A stretch of 63,356 nt of DNA, counting the filler, from Stramenopiles sp. TOSAG23-2 (lineage: Eukaryota), in assembly GCA_900128395.1 (NCBI GenBank). It is 7 parts of 7 records of this genome, joined end to end, with 100 filler letters (N's around TTAATTAATTAA, not from the genome) between each part and the next. Parts side by side here need not be neighbours in the genome. Positions count along the whole stretch, not along the records: positions 18,147 to 27,112 come from LT650137.1; positions 27,213 to 36,177 come from LT650138.1; 5 more parts are not named here. The stretch is one strand, 5' to 3'. Position 1 is the stretch's first letter. The number at the start of each line of letters is the position of its first letter. Position numbers and translations under genes: made by a program. The notes beneath the pieces were generated by a model. That model was not told where the DNA came from, searched no databases, and was given only the letters and a program-made list of their open reading frames with translations. Below, piece by piece: positions 21,701 to 33,150 of the stretch.

Positions 21701-22404
21701 TAATCAATAAAGAAATGCGAAAAAATATTATTGTTCAAGGTTCATTCCAATTGCTTTTGTTAATCATATTGTATTTCGACGGTCACACAATGTTTCAAAA
21801 AACTGATGGAACGTTTATTAATAAAGGCAGCGTATGTATAAAGAACTTTACAAATACTGATGATGTATCCCCAACTCCAAGTAGTGCACCGGTGATATGC
21901 TCTGAATACGATTACACACATTATACCATCGTGTTTAATACATTTATATTCCAGCAAATATTTAACTTTTTCAATGCTCGTAGGTTAGAAGCTGATGCAA
22001 AATCTGTATGCCAAGGATTTCAGCGAAATTGGACGTTTTTAGGAACAATTTTTTTCATTGTAATATTTCAATATTTTCTTGTTAATTTTGCAAGTACCTT
22101 GTTGAAAACTAGTAATGCTTTAACAATCGGGCATTGGATTGCGTGTTGTTTAATGGCAATGTTTACTGTATTGCCAGTCGGTTTTTTATTACGTTATTTA
22201 AATAATACGAAAAGCGATGATATGAAAACGTTTAGTGGATATCCAGGTTTAGTACCTGTTGTGGAAGAGGAAGAAGAGGAAGATGGTGGAGCGAAAGAAC
22301 CAAATTCCCCAACATCATTAATGGAGAAAGGTAAATTATCAAAAGGTAAAAGTACACCGACTTCGCCATCGAAAAAAAAGTCGTCAAAGTATGTTGTAAA
22401 ATAA
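18748..22404 (+). CDS. P2B (PMCA/ACA-type) Ca2+-ATPase-like protein with degenerate catalytic motifs
   Basis: DITLLILL, GWSEG, VVAIPEGLP, YVKGAAE, VGIKDPLR, AGIKIRMVTG, WGR...FLQFQLT, LLWTNLIMDTLAA, FNTFIFQQIFNFFNAR are PMCA hallmarks; DKTGT reads NKTGT. Confidence 0.9.
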   Translation: MAKKSGENSITDKNNVKKENDSSDNVEKKKSEKAESVTSKAKQKIVGFSTNSVFKKKEKKTTKENGEDVKSPAAPKEKVYRKSTFELSEKDFEIFGTDKKIEKKLEQLNDKLGGIEKIMKLLKIDERNGMCSPKEEKYAAKAKKKLDIAIEYRKSFGDNKLPNIPPNRLLHFIIEGFDDITLLILLFASVLSFIIGLADDPINGWSEGFSIVLSIVFVSSISGMIEYYKDQSLNAIDKKSNTSYSTIIRDGNHMHIKSEDLVVGDLIVLDVGNRVPCDCLIVDDDISLYTQDFTNSAGGRSTSPMLINDKEKNPFILSGYDIVKGTCRAVAISVGENSRQYKEIVKRNLETTTDTALQGRLQGVANYVTYTGIFFAIVIFIVIAATFEDATYREGRSDARYFIDAIVLAATIVVVAIPEGLPMTVAISLGFRANTILEQNLLIRKVSGNENMGYVTDILPNKTGTFTKNDMVCSAGWFADLYYSTSDGIPNGKKKFEKYLYDIIRENIAQNSSTTVTYHKKVIKKQSMAAKSAAFLGKMMGSGEKNKDKKAESGKPEAERDGGMDVQIFGTQTEAALIRMMVDKMGCAKDFFIYERKVNVRKCFYTFTPSARISAAVVEKKTNGNGYRLYVKGAAETVVKLCFKYLDHRAEMQDLDYKKKQYIINDLIVKMGRAQLRPIALAHCDFDEITKLKLPTNLKQIDWIFKQKLVLDAIVGIKDPLRDGISDAVLKCQKAGIKIRMVTGEHIDTARAICTRLNILSDEKNAYLASDLERLSLSQIDKILPSIEIIARCPPEFKKGFVSRLNGKALPRNKKEWCKLHNIKDTEWDQQASRLLPGYHDEWYNHHVRDSNIVGVVGKHPEDILTLSVGNIGLALAKSSTTGAKLSSDVSAMDDSFSTIVKSVTWGRALQENVRSFLQFQLTTNFVVLSFSLIIALHGEQVPFNAVMLLWTNLIMDTLAAVAFGTEAPFHMSMERLPYRRDADLINKEMRKNIIVQGSFQLLLLIILYFDGHTMFQKTDGTFINKGSVCIKNFTNTDDVSPTPSSAPVICSEYDYTHYTIVFNTFIFQQIFNFFNARRLEADAKSVCQGFQRNWTFLGTIFFIVIFQYFLVNFASTLLKTSNALTIGHWIACCLMAMFTVLPVGFLLRYLNNTKSDDMKTFSGYPGLVPVVEEEEEEDGGAKEPNSPTSLMEKGKLSKGKSTPTSPSKKKSSKYVVK

Positions 22405-22609
22405 ATATATACGTATTTTTAGGTAAGAGAAGAAACGAGTGAAACAAAGCAGCAGAGAGGGGTGAGAGGTGGTAGGTCTAAAAGAATTTTGTACCCCCTG
22501 GTTCTTGTTAATAATATACTCGTGTATCATATTTCATACGTCGTACATATATCATATGATATCATATGCATATTTATTATACTGCATAAATTAAAATAAA
22601 ATATTATTT

Positions 22610-23623
22610 TTACAAACTTGTCATGATTCTACAATTTTCTTCTTCCAATAATTTCGTTGGGCATTTGATACCCCCATTTTTTGGCGTTAATGTTATTTTA
22701 CGAGTACGTCTTCGTATTGCGAACACGTTGTCATCGATATTATTACCTTTCTTTGCTGCATTTTCACAACTACTCCATTCAGACCAATCTGTAAATTCAC
22801 AATTAATTTTTGCTAAATTTTCAATTTCAGTTTTTGATAATGCTTTATCCCATAGTTGCAAATCATCATATGCAGCATTTATTGGATTGGCTAAATCTTG
22901 ATATTGTCTACCTAATATGATATTTTTCACTTGACGTCGAGCAATAGCTTCATACCGAACGGCACCTTCTACAAACCCATCTAATTTGCCATCAACATAT
23001 AGTTGAAATATTTGTTTCGTTGCATCTAATACAACTGCAACGTGTCTCCATTCCCCTATATTTAAAGCTGTAATGGTATTAACGACTCTTGGTCTTTGAG
23101 CACGTAAACCACATAAACCTTCATTTGCTTCGTGTTTAGTAGGTATTAAAAAAACATGTGCACCTTGCCTTGTAGACATTAAACGTATAGATGCAGGGCA
23201 GCGATCTACACAATTGTCACATGATATGTCAAAAACACAACCACCTGGGTCGTTTATATCCATTTTTATCCAAACACCAATAGTAATACTATCCATTGGA
23301 AACCCTTTCACCGTTGGAAATTCAACATATGGATGTCGTAACGTTGAACTTCGCCATGTATATGCTGCTTTATTGCGTTGGTTGAACCTGTTGCTTGCTG
23401 GAATCAATGGTCCATTTTGCCATTCGCCTTCAAGATAATTTGATGGATCCAATGTAAACGTAACATTTCTAGTAGAAACAACCGTTATATGAAGAATAAT
23501 ACAAATAATCAATAATATAATATGTTGATAAATATTATGAGGATGATATTGAAAAAATAATTTCGAAAAAGAACATGATGAAAATGAGGATGATCGTGAT
23601 AATAATGATGCAATGAACGACAT
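22610..23623 (-). CDS. Secreted LamG-like (concanavalin A fold) + thrombospondin type-1 (spondin-like) protein
   Basis: Hydrophobic signal segment; ITIGVWIK, GEWRHVAVV, LYVDGK, DDLQLWDKALS (Laminin_G_3 pattern); C..TDWSEWSSC...RRRTR...PKNGGIKCP..EEENC (TSP1). Confidence 0.8.
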   Translation of the reverse strand: MSFIASLLSRSSSFSSCSFSKLFFQYHPHNIYQHIILLIICIILHITVVSTRNVTFTLDPSNYLEGEWQNGPLIPASNRFNQRNKAAYTWRSSTLRHPYVEFPTVKGFPMDSITIGVWIKMDINDPGGCVFDISCDNCVDRCPASIRLMSTRQGAHVFLIPTKHEANEGLCGLRAQRPRVVNTITALNIGEWRHVAVVLDATKQIFQLYVDGKLDGFVEGAVRYEAIARRQVKNIILGRQYQDLANPINAAYDDLQLWDKALSKTEIENLAKINCEFTDWSEWSSCENAAKKGNNIDDNVFAIRRRTRKITLTPKNGGIKCPTKLLEEENCRIMTSL

Positions 23624-25081
23624 GTTTTTGTTTTGCCTTTTTTTTCCTCTGGATTATAGTTATTATCTATTTTCTGTTTTGTTTTTCAACCAATCAAACA
23701 AATCTGTGTATTAAAACTTTTTATATGTATTATTTTTTTTGTAATGTTTTCATTGGATAAAATATACACTCGATCATCGACGATATCCCACTAAATTCTA
23801 CACATTCTTACTAATAGGTTCTTACTGAAAAACAGACAAATAACTTAAAAAAGAGGAAATATTAACAGATAATAAAATTACAATGTCATATAATTATTAA
23901 GGTACAGATAACATACAACATACATAATAATAACACATGTAATAATATATAGAAATAATATTAACTAGTAACTTATAATTACTCTAAGAATACATATATA
24001 TTAATAGAAACAAAAGAATTTCACAAAAACATTTTAATTTCATCTTTTACTTTTTATTTTTCAACAAGTATAAAATTTATGTGTTATTTGATAGGATGAG
24101 ATTATTAAATTAAATACGGGATATATGTACTGATCATTTGACCAGAAATATTGTCAATCTGTCATCATTTTTATTTTATCTTATATCCTGATGTATTTCA
24201 GTCTATTTTTCATCATCTATGTACGCGTAATAGTATACGAGTCCTCCTAGGTACATGGCCATAGGTCTAATTGTCTAATTGCGTCGTCGACAGGTCGACA
24301 GATGATGTAATAAAACCACATTAATAATTATACATTTCCCTTAAAAATAAACAAGACAGAATTGTATTGCGTTTCCACAGGTATAATATAGTACTACACA
24401 GTATCAATATGTTTTTCATCCCTTCTTTGGTTTGGATATTGTATACCGTATTATAATATATATAATTGTATTATAACTTGATATACAATTTAAATTTTCA
24501 CAAGTAAAAACTATATATACAATACTTTTGAAATGATCAATTGTATCATTGTATAATATAAATAATGATATTTATTATTACAGTGTTGAAAGAGCTGTTT
24601 CTATTGTTTTCCAGCAACGAAGACGTTGAGCATAAACTTGCAAAAAAGGTTGCGTGTTGTATATGGTATATTTGTAACCACACATTTGTAAAATGATCAA
24701 TATATAAATATATATTATTAAGGAAATTAATAGAGGGGAAAAAATTCTGTTATCTACTTTTTCTGCGCGCGAGAGGGGGAATAAATATATAGTAAATTGT
24801 ACTTATTAGTCTACAACGACGGAGGTGAAAATCTCGTTCAGGGCCGTAGATTTTACTAAAAATAATATAAAATATAGAATTAACATTACATATGCACTAG
24901 AAATAGTTTGTGTATAGACGATATAGATAGAAAAGAAGTAGTAGAGATATTCAACATATATAAAACGAAGAATCATTTTACATTGCGCTGTGTTATATAT
25001 ATATATATATTACATATTACATATTATTAAACATTTTAACAAAACAAATTATATAATTATATTATTATTATTACAAAAAAT

Positions 25082-26173
25082 ATGGCATCTTTAACTGCAC
25101 AAGATTATACTGCTGAATTAATACAAACTGCACGTGCTATTGGAGCACCAGGTAAAGGTATCTTAGCTGCTGATGAATCCACTGGTACCATTGGCAAACG
25201 TTTTGCACCTATCAATGTGGAAAACAACCAGGCAAATCGCCGCGCATACAGACATTTGTTGATCACCACCCCAGGGTTAAGTGAATACATCAGTGGCTGC
25301 ATCATGTTTGAAGAAACTTTATTTGAGAAAGATGATAGTGGTAAAAATTTTACTGCTATTTTAAAGGAAAATGGTATCATTTCAGGTATTAAAATTGATA
25401 AAGGTGTAAGAATTTTAGCTGGTACCGATGGCGAAACCGTTACCCAAGGTATCGATGGCTTGGCAGATAGATGCCGCAAATACTATGCGCAAGGTGCACG
25501 CTTCAGCAAATGGCGTTCCGTACTTCACATTAAAGATAGTGGTTGCCCAACGAAACTTGCTATTGATGCAAATGCATATGTATTGGCACGTATGGCAAGT
25601 ATTTCCCAAGAATGTGGTCTTGTACCAATTGTAGAACCTGAAATTTTAATGGATGGTGAACACAGTATTGAACGTAGTGCTGAAGTGACACAAAAAGTAT
25701 TAGCAGCAACATTCAAAGCATTGAGTGATCACCACGTCATGTTGGAAGGTTGTTTATTGAAACCAAACATGGTACGTTCCGGTTCCCAAGCTGCTAAAAA
25801 AGCACCACCACAAGATATTGCAAGATGTACCGTACGTGTATTGCAAAATACAGTACCACCAGCATTACCAACCATTTCCTTTTTATCTGGTGGTATGTCC
25901 GAAGAAGAAGCAACGGTTGCACTTGATTGCATCAATAAATTTGGTGAGAAAAGTAAAAAACCATGGTCGTTGACATTTTCATATGGACGTGCATTACAAG
26001 GTAGTGTATTGCAAGCATGGAAAGGTCAATCAGAAAATATCGCAGCTGCACAAAAAGAATTAATGATACGTGCAAAGGCAAATTCAGAAGCACAAAGAGG
26101 TATTTATAGTGGTAGTGGTGCGGCAGGTAAAGCTGCATCGCAAAGTTTGGATGTGAAAAACTATGTATATTAA
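25082..26173 (+). CDS. FBA: Fructose-bisphosphate aldolase, class I (cytosolic)
   Basis: [31 protein letters not shown] (Schiff-base Lys), [13 protein letters not shown], terminal Tyr. Confidence 0.97.
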   Translation: MASLTAQDYTAELIQTARAIGAPGKGILAADESTGTIGKRFAPINVENNQANRRAYRHLLITTPGLSEYISGCIMFEETLFEKDDSGKNFTAILKENGIISGIKIDKGVRILAGTDGETVTQGIDGLADRCRKYYAQGARFSKWRSVLHIKDSGCPTKLAIDANAYVLARMASISQECGLVPIVEPEILMDGEHSIERSAEVTQKVLAATFKALSDHHVMLEGCLLKPNMVRSGSQAAKKAPPQDIARCTVRVLQNTVPPALPTISFLSGGMSEEEATVALDCINKFGEKSKKPWSLTFSYGRALQGSVLQAWKGQSENIAAAQKELMIRAKANSEAQRGIYSGSGAAGKAASQSLDVKNYVY

Positions 26174-26236
26174 AGATTGTATATATATATGTAGGGGTGA
26201 TATGTGAAAGAATGAACGATTGTAGTCTCCTGTGTT

Positions 26237-26268
<32 letters not shown>

Positions 26269-26726
26269 ACGACAATTGTTGTATGAAGATCTATATTTGG
26301 TTCTTTGTTATAATATATATATATATATTAATCGAAATCACCTTTCCAATTATCATATTTATAAAAAAAATGACACATTTGCATCACATTCAATCACTGT
26401 GTTTGACGTAAAATAAAATATTTTTTATATTTTGACATCCTCGTATTTATCAGTGTGTATGAACTTGGAGAGAGAGAGAGAGTGAAGCTAAAATATAATG
26501 TTTGTATATTGATACACAGTGCACTCTTGAACATATGTGTGTGTTTTACGTCTCTCTCGGTCCTCTTTTAATGTACGTAAAACACCTTCTTCTTATCCAA
26601 TTGTAATTGCATTTTAACTTTTGTATTTGAATGAACTAAGATTAATAATAAATATAAGAAAGGACGAAGAGATACGTAGAAAATATATATATACAAAATA
26701 TACATATATATATATACTTATATATT

Positions 26727-27112
26727 ATGGCATCTTTAACCACTAATCAACCACCTACAAAACGACAACGTACTACAAATGAATCGACCTTGGAAGCGTT
26801 ACAACAAGAACGGGCACCACCACCAATTGAAATTGGTATATTGCTTTTACCAGCTGGATTTGAGTCTGCCTGCGGTATAATGACAAAAATATTTCTATAT
26901 TTAGATATTCGATCATTATGTAATGTGAAACGATCTTCTTTAATACAACAGTGTAGAAAAGCATTTGGATGTGATGATTTTGAACGTGTACGTGATGAAG
27001 CATTGAGTATTGATTATGAAGGTAGAAGAAGTATGAATGAGATGATACTTTCACATTCAGCGAGACGACTTTATTTATTAATTGAAAGATATAAAAGAGA
27101 GTTTCCACGTGG
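26727..27112 (+). CDS. Hypothetical protein with F-box-like segment, 3'-truncated at contig end
   Basis: ATG in a typical AT-rich context; LLP...IMTKIFLYLDIRSLCNV resembles an F-box; the ORF runs into the linker. Confidence 0.5.
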
Positions 27113-27212
27113 NNNNNNNNNNNNNNNNNNNNNNNNNNNNNNNNNNNNNNNNNNNNTTAATTAATTAANNNNNNNNNNNNNNNNNNNNNNNNNNNNNNNN
27201 NNNNNNNNNNNN
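27113..27212. other. Artificial contig linker
   Basis: 44 N + TTAATTAATTAA + 44 N. Confidence 0.98.
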
Positions 27213-30200
27213 GGATCGTTCCGATGTTACGTATTGGATTTGGAAAGGAACGATTAAATATGGATGATTTGCCATCTTTAGCATCTTGTGATGAACCTAT
27301 TAATATTTATGAAAAATATATAAATATATGGGAAAAACAATATATATTAAAAAATAAAACACCTAGTTTAATACGAATTTTACATAAAACATTAGGATAT
27401 CGATTTTGGAAAGGTGGTTTTTTACTTTTACTTGGTCAAACTGCTGCAATATTTATTCCGATTATTACACATGAATTGCTAACAAGTTTAGAAACGCGTG
27501 AAAATAAAGATACGGATACAAAGTTATACAGCAAAGGTGGTTCATTGGAATATTTAATTTTATTAGTACTTNNNNNNNNNNNNNNNNNNNNNNNNNNNNN
27601 NNNNNNNNNNNNNNNNNNNNNNNNNNNNNNNNNNNNNNNNNNNNNNNNNNNNNNNNNNNNNNNNNNNNNNNNNNNNNNNNNNNNGTACTTTTATTAACTT
27701 TCATGTCGGCGATGCAATCCATTTTAACCCATCAATTTTGGATTGTTGGTGTTAGAGTATCAATGCATAGTAAAATGATATTGCAAACTCATATATTAGA
27801 TCATGTGATGAATTTAAGCCATCGATCTAGATCAACAACTACGGAAGGGGAAATGTCAAATTTAGTCAGTAGTGATGCCAGCAAAATTGCTAATTCATTT
27901 TGGGGGTGTATGGTTCATTGGGGTGGATGGTGTAGCATCGGTACAATTGTAATAGCAATGTATAATTTACATTCACTACTGGGTTTTGGAGCGTATGCAG
28001 GTGTACTGGTAATTTTGCTTTTTATGCCAACCTCTTATTATTTATCACAATATATTAAAACCGTGTATAAGAAAATGATGTCTTATCGCGATAAGCGTGG
28101 AAAGAGAATGGTAGAAAATTTAAGAGCAATACGAATATTAAAGGCATTCACTGCTGAAACTGCTGCATGGAATGATATAGATGAAATGAGGACTTTGGAA
28201 TTGAAGTGGCAGCGTTATCAGCAATTTTTAAATATTGGCAATATTATTTTATCTAATATAGGCCCTGTGTTGGTCAATGCTGCATCGTTTATGGTGTTTT
28301 CATTTTACGGTGGAAAGGTTACGGCGGCAAAAATTTTTACCTCCTTGCTGTGGTTTACAATGTTACAAGGGGCTATGACACGTATACCAGGCACTATAAT
28401 AACCACGATGAATGTATTTGGGAGTTTAGAAAGGTTGGAAAAATTTTTACTATTAGATAAAAATAAAAACATCCCCAATGAACGAACAAGAGGGGAGAAA
28501 TATTTAAAGGTGGAGAATTGTTCATTTGGTTGGTATGATAGTGGCAGTAAGCATAATAATAGCGGCGAGGGCGATAATAATAATATCGATGATGATGCTA
28601 AGAAGATAAAATCAATTGTACACAACGTAACTTTCAATGCAAAAGAAGGTGATTTTATATGTTTAGTCGGTCCTGTTGGATGTGGTAAAAGTAGTATTTT
28701 AGCAGGATTGACTAGTAATAATGTACATATTTCTGGTAAGATTCAATACAATGGTGACATGGCATATGTTACTCAAAGACCATGGCTACGTAATGCAAGT
28801 ATATTAGAAAATATTATTGATTTTGATTTTAATGATACTGGTTATGATTTTAACAACAACAACAATAAAAATACAATAAAAGTTGATGAAACAAAATTAA
28901 ATCGATGCATTGATATATGTGCACTACAAGCAGATCTTGATATGTTTGAGGATGGAATTGATACGCTTGTTGGTAGTAATGGCGTTACATTAAGTGGTGG
29001 TCAAAGGCAACGTATTAGTTTAGCACGTGCGATGTACTCGGATGCAGATATTTATATTTTTGATGATGTTTTATCCGCTGTTGATGAAAATGTAGGCAAG
29101 CATATTTTTAATAATTGCATAGTGAAAAATTTAATTGAGAAAAAGAAAATTGTAATACTAGCAACACATGCAGAGCAATACATTAAAAATAATGCAAATG
29201 TTAGCAACATTTATACAATTGATATAACAAATGGTAAATTTATAAATATGAAAGCGTTCACTAATCGAAACAGTGATGATGAAGAGAAAGTTGATGAAGA
29301 TGGTAAAAAGACTAATAACAACAATGACCTGGATTCGAAAAATAGTACAATGGAAGAAAATAAAGGGAAAAAAAATAAAGAGAAACGAAAGAAAGGTTAT
29401 GTATCATTTCAAGATATAAAGCAATATATCCATGCATTTGGAATTTTTACAACTTTAATGCTTCTAGTTTTATTTATTATACGCCAATTAATTACGGTTG
29501 GGCAACAATATTGGCTAACCATTTGGGTTCGCTCTGCCAATCCTGGATCTACATATTATGTATACGTATATGGAGCAATAGGTCTAATCTTAGTTGGTTT
29601 TACTGGTGTATCATGTTACTTTATTGTTGTTGGGAGTATAAATGGCGCTAGAATTATGCATGATAAAGCAATGAAAGCTTTGCTTTGTTCTCGCATTACA
29701 TTTTTTGACACCACACCATTTGGTGTAATTGTAAATCGTATGTTAAATGACATAGCCAAGATCGATTCCAATATGTCAAGAGCAATCGTCGGGCTAGCAA
29801 TGTCAATTTTGCAAGTATTTAGTACGATTGGTGTTGTTGTTTTCGTAACACCATTTGTTATTATCATGGTAATAATATTAATATGGCCCTATTACTTATG
29901 TGGTTTGTATTATCGATGGAGCTCACGTGAATTGAGGCGTTTAACGAGCACGACACGTTCTCCGATCATAACAAATTTCTCTGAAACTGTTGATGGCATG
30001 GATATTATTCGAGCATATCATGGAGAAGATGTTACATTTCATAGATTTACGGATGCAGTGCGCAGAAATGCTCGGGCATATTACATGTTTTGGGTTTCAA
30101 ACCAATGGGTGTCGGCAGTTTTAGATGCCATGGGAGTCTTTATCATATTTATTAGTACTGGTTCTGCAGTATACTTGCATTTATTTCAAAACGGCGTTGA

Positions 30201-31200
30201 TCCAGCCTTAATCGGATTTTGTTTAACATATACGTTAAACTTACCCTTTGCATTGATGTGGTTGATACGTAATTTAGCAACAGCAGAGACTGAATTAGTT
30301 GCTGTTGAACGGATTGTTGAATATAGCAATATTGAGAAAGAAGATGATCGTGTTGTTTTTAACAAAAGACAAAACAACAAGCAAAAAACAAACAATAGAG
30401 GGCCATTGACCTTTTTGATTGATGATGATAGTAAAGAAGTATCGTTACTGAAAGATCATGCTGCGATGAATTATAATACTACTAATGGCATTCTCAGAAA
30501 CAATCGTGGCTGTATTAAATTTCAAAACGTCACTATGAAATATAGAAAAGATTTAACACCTGTATTACAAAATGTTTCTTTTGAAATTCCCGGTGGTAAA
30601 AAAGTTGCTGTCATCGGAAGAACAGGTGCGGGTAAGACTAGCATTTTTATGGCGTTATTACGTTTTTATGAATGTGAACAACATAGTGCAATTTATCTAA
30701 ACGATAAAAATATTGTTACTGAATATAAAAATATAAATGACTATCGCAAACACATTGCATATGTACCACAAGAGGCAATATTGTTTTCTGGTACGATCCG
30801 CGCATCATTGACTAAAAATCGGGAAGATGAAGTCAAAGATGAAGATGTTTGGGGTGTATTGGAAAAAGTAAAAATGCGAAGAAAGATTCAATCATTAGAT
30901 GATGGTTTGGACACGGAAATTGTGGAAGGTGGAAAGAATTTTTCTCATGGTGAAAGACAATTATTATGTCTTGCTAGGGCATTATTGAACAAAGAAGCTT
31001 CAATAGTATTAGCAGATGAAGCAACTGCGAGTGTTGACAATTCGAATGAACTTTTAATCCAACAAGTAATATTAAATTTACCGATGACTGTGTTGTACAT
31101 ATGTCATCGTTTAGTTAATTTGAATCAATTTGACTTGTTAATGATCATGGAAGATGGAAAGGTCAAACGCATTTGTAAACCTGAAGATAGATGGAGTTAA
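27213..31200 (+). CDS. ABCC/MRP-family ABC transporter (TMD-NBD-TMD-NBD), probably 5'-partial, spanning the N-gap at 27572-27684
   Basis: Lasso-like PMLRIG...LNMDDL; GEMSNLVSSD; NBD1 GPVGCGKS / LSGGQRQR / IFDD; FFDTTPFG; NBD2 GRTGAGKT / FSHGERQ / DEAT / CHRL. ORFs 27224 and 27703 join in frame if the GTACTT on both sides of the gap is collapsed. Confidence 0.92.
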
Positions 31201-31562
31201 ATATAATTATATATAAATATTTTAAAATAAGGTATTCCAGTATTATATTTGATTTTATTAGGTAGATTATCTAACGCACTAACTGTATTTCTATGCTAGC
31301 TCTTATACCCATCACATCAGCCCCTATACCGGATATACAATTGCATATTATACCATTGCATACCTGGCATAAGGTATACCGATAAAAGAGGACAGTTATA
31401 AGTATATATCCTGTCTTTATTAATAAAATACACAAAAAAATAATAAATGAATAGATGATAGTAGATAGGATAAATGAAAAAGAAGATAATAGAATTTAGA
31501 TAAGATTGAAAAGATTATATGATATATACGTCTATTATCAGAAAAAATAATTTTACAAAGGA

Positions 31563-32264
31563 ATGGGTTTGTGTAGTTCCAAAAAAGAGGATGTAACCAA
31601 ACCAAAGGATAATGAAGATGATACACCAAAGAAATTAGGTTCACATAATAGTTTATCAGCTGTATCAGTATCCATTCCTACCGCAAATAATAATGATATT
31701 GTTATACAAGCAAAATCCGTTAAAGTAAAAATTGATGAAATTAATAATAATAAAGGTGGAGGCCAAACATCAAAGCGTGCCAATAAAAAGCAAGACAAAC
31801 CACCACCAAGAAAAGTTCCAAGTGCTTCTAAGATAGAGGTTCCTGAGAAAAAGAAACCACCACCAAGAAAAGTTCCTAGTGTATCTAAAATGAATACTCC
31901 TGCGAATAATAATAAAAAAAATAATAGTAATGGTACATCCACAGATAAGAAAAATGCATCAGATAACAATATAATAGAGAATAATTCTAGTTCGACCGCT
32001 GCATCGAATCGAGAGGAAGAATATTTTCTTGCTATGAAAAAACAAAAAGAAGAAAAGGAACTTGCTGAGAAGAAAAAAAGAGAGGATCAAGTAGCAGCTA
32101 TGGATGAAGAAGAAAGAGCAGCTTTTTTGAAGGCTGAAGCAGATGAGTTAGAACATCAAAAGAAACAAGATAGAATGTTAAAAAGGCAATTGAAAACGTA
32201 TAAATCGAAAGGTAAAAAAAAGAAAGTAGGAGGTGGTAGAGCAAAGAAAAAAAAGAAGAAATAA
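31563..32264 (+). CDS. Hypothetical N-acylated (MGLCSS) lysine-rich protein
   Basis: MGxCxS myristoylation/palmitoylation-type start; duplicated KPPPRKVPS; short coiled coil; polybasic tail. Confidence 0.7.
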   Translation: MGLCSSKKEDVTKPKDNEDDTPKKLGSHNSLSAVSVSIPTANNNDIVIQAKSVKVKIDEINNNKGGGQTSKRANKKQDKPPPRKVPSASKIEVPEKKKPPPRKVPSVSKMNTPANNNKKNNSNGTSTDKKNASDNNIIENNSSSTAASNREEEYFLAMKKQKEEKELAEKKKREDQVAAMDEEERAAFLKAEADELEHQKKQDRMLKRQLKTYKSKGKKKKVGGGRAKKKKKK

Positions 32265-32356
32265 AGAAGTTTGTGTGTAGAAAAACAATATTTTTTTATG
32301 AAGAGTATCATATATAAAAGTTTTATATAATAATTTAATTTACGCATAATTTATTG

Positions 32357-32495
32357 TTTTTTAATTTACTCATGATAATTCCTACTCTTCNNNNNNNNNN
32401 NNNNNNNNNTGATAATTCCTACTCTTCAAAAGAATACAATAACTGAAATAATCTATCTCACACTCTAGTGCACTAGTGTGTTGATATTCTCATAA
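32357..32495 (-). repeat. Dispersed ~100-bp repeat, copy A (interrupted by a 19-N gap with an 18-nt overlap)
   Basis: Reverse complement reads ttatgagaatatcaacac..gtgtgagatagat..tcagttattgtattcttttgaagagtaggaattatcatgagtaaattaaaaaa, matching 40782-40887 and 58506-58580. Confidence 0.88.
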
Positions 32496-32634
32496 TTTTA
32501 CATATATAATATATAAATTTTTAATTTTTATATATTATTAGAATTATGACATATTATAAAATATTAAAATAATATAATAAAAACAAATTTTGGCAAAACA
32601 ATTTTATAATTTTTTTTATAAATATTCAAAATTT

Positions 32635-33150
32635 TTAATTTCCGAATTTTTTTTTATAGTTGCTACTTTCTAAAGCGATTTTCTCTCTTGTGTCTTTAAC
32701 CTTCTTTTTCATTTTTCCTACAATTCCTAATGCAATTAAACTACCAGACATTTGTCGTTTTATATCACTCAATTTCGGTTTAACAAGAGGTGGAGGCTTT
32801 TCAGCATATTCTGCTGGGCCAGGTATATGTTTGGCACGCGACATAATTTGATCAATTTCACCCATTGGTTCGAAATCACCCCATTTAACTGCTTTTTGTG
32901 ATTTATCTCTTGCATGTTTGATAGAATATTGTCCAGGACCAGGTTTTTGTTCTGCATAGTACATAAGCCATTCAACATCTGATTTAGGTTTGTATTTACC
33001 CCATGAACCGGATGATTTCCCTTTATGATTTGGGTCATTTGGTGTATATTGACCTGGACCTGGAATCTGTGCCGAACGATACATAATCCAATCAATATCA
33101 GATTTTGGTTTGTATTTACCCCATCTTGCACCTTTTGCATTGTTTGCCAT
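32635..33150 (-). CDS. SHIPPO/STPG (PGP-repeat, ODF3-like) flagellar-type protein; 5' part disrupted or uncertain
   Basis: Three repeats W(G)..KPKSD..W.MY....PGPGQY / PGPAEY. Confidence 0.7.
   Translation of the reverse strand: MANNAKGARWGKYKPKSDIDWIMYRSAQIPGPGQYTPNDPNHKGKSSGSWGKYKPKSDVEWLMYYAEQKPGPGQYSIKHARDKSQKAVKWGDFEPMGEIDQIMSRAKHIPGPAEYAEKPPPLVKPKLSDIKRQMSGSLIALGIVGKMKKKVKDTREKIALESSNYKKKFGN

Noticed and set aside
9106-22404. Apparent 'calcium signalling cluster' of the Cache-channel and the PMCA-like gene
   Set aside because: They lie on different contigs separated by a linker, so their proximity is an artefact of concatenation.
26726-26740. Same 15-nt start (tatggcatctttaac, MASLT) as the neighbouring aldolase gene at 25081
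   Set aside because: Similarity stops at once; short enough to be chance plus start-context bias.
32372-32468. Dispersed repeat read as a C/D snoRNA (ATGATAA...CTGA) or a micro-ORF (MIIPTLQK...)
   Set aside because: Box spacing is too short, CTGA is absent in copy B, and indels break the frame between copies.
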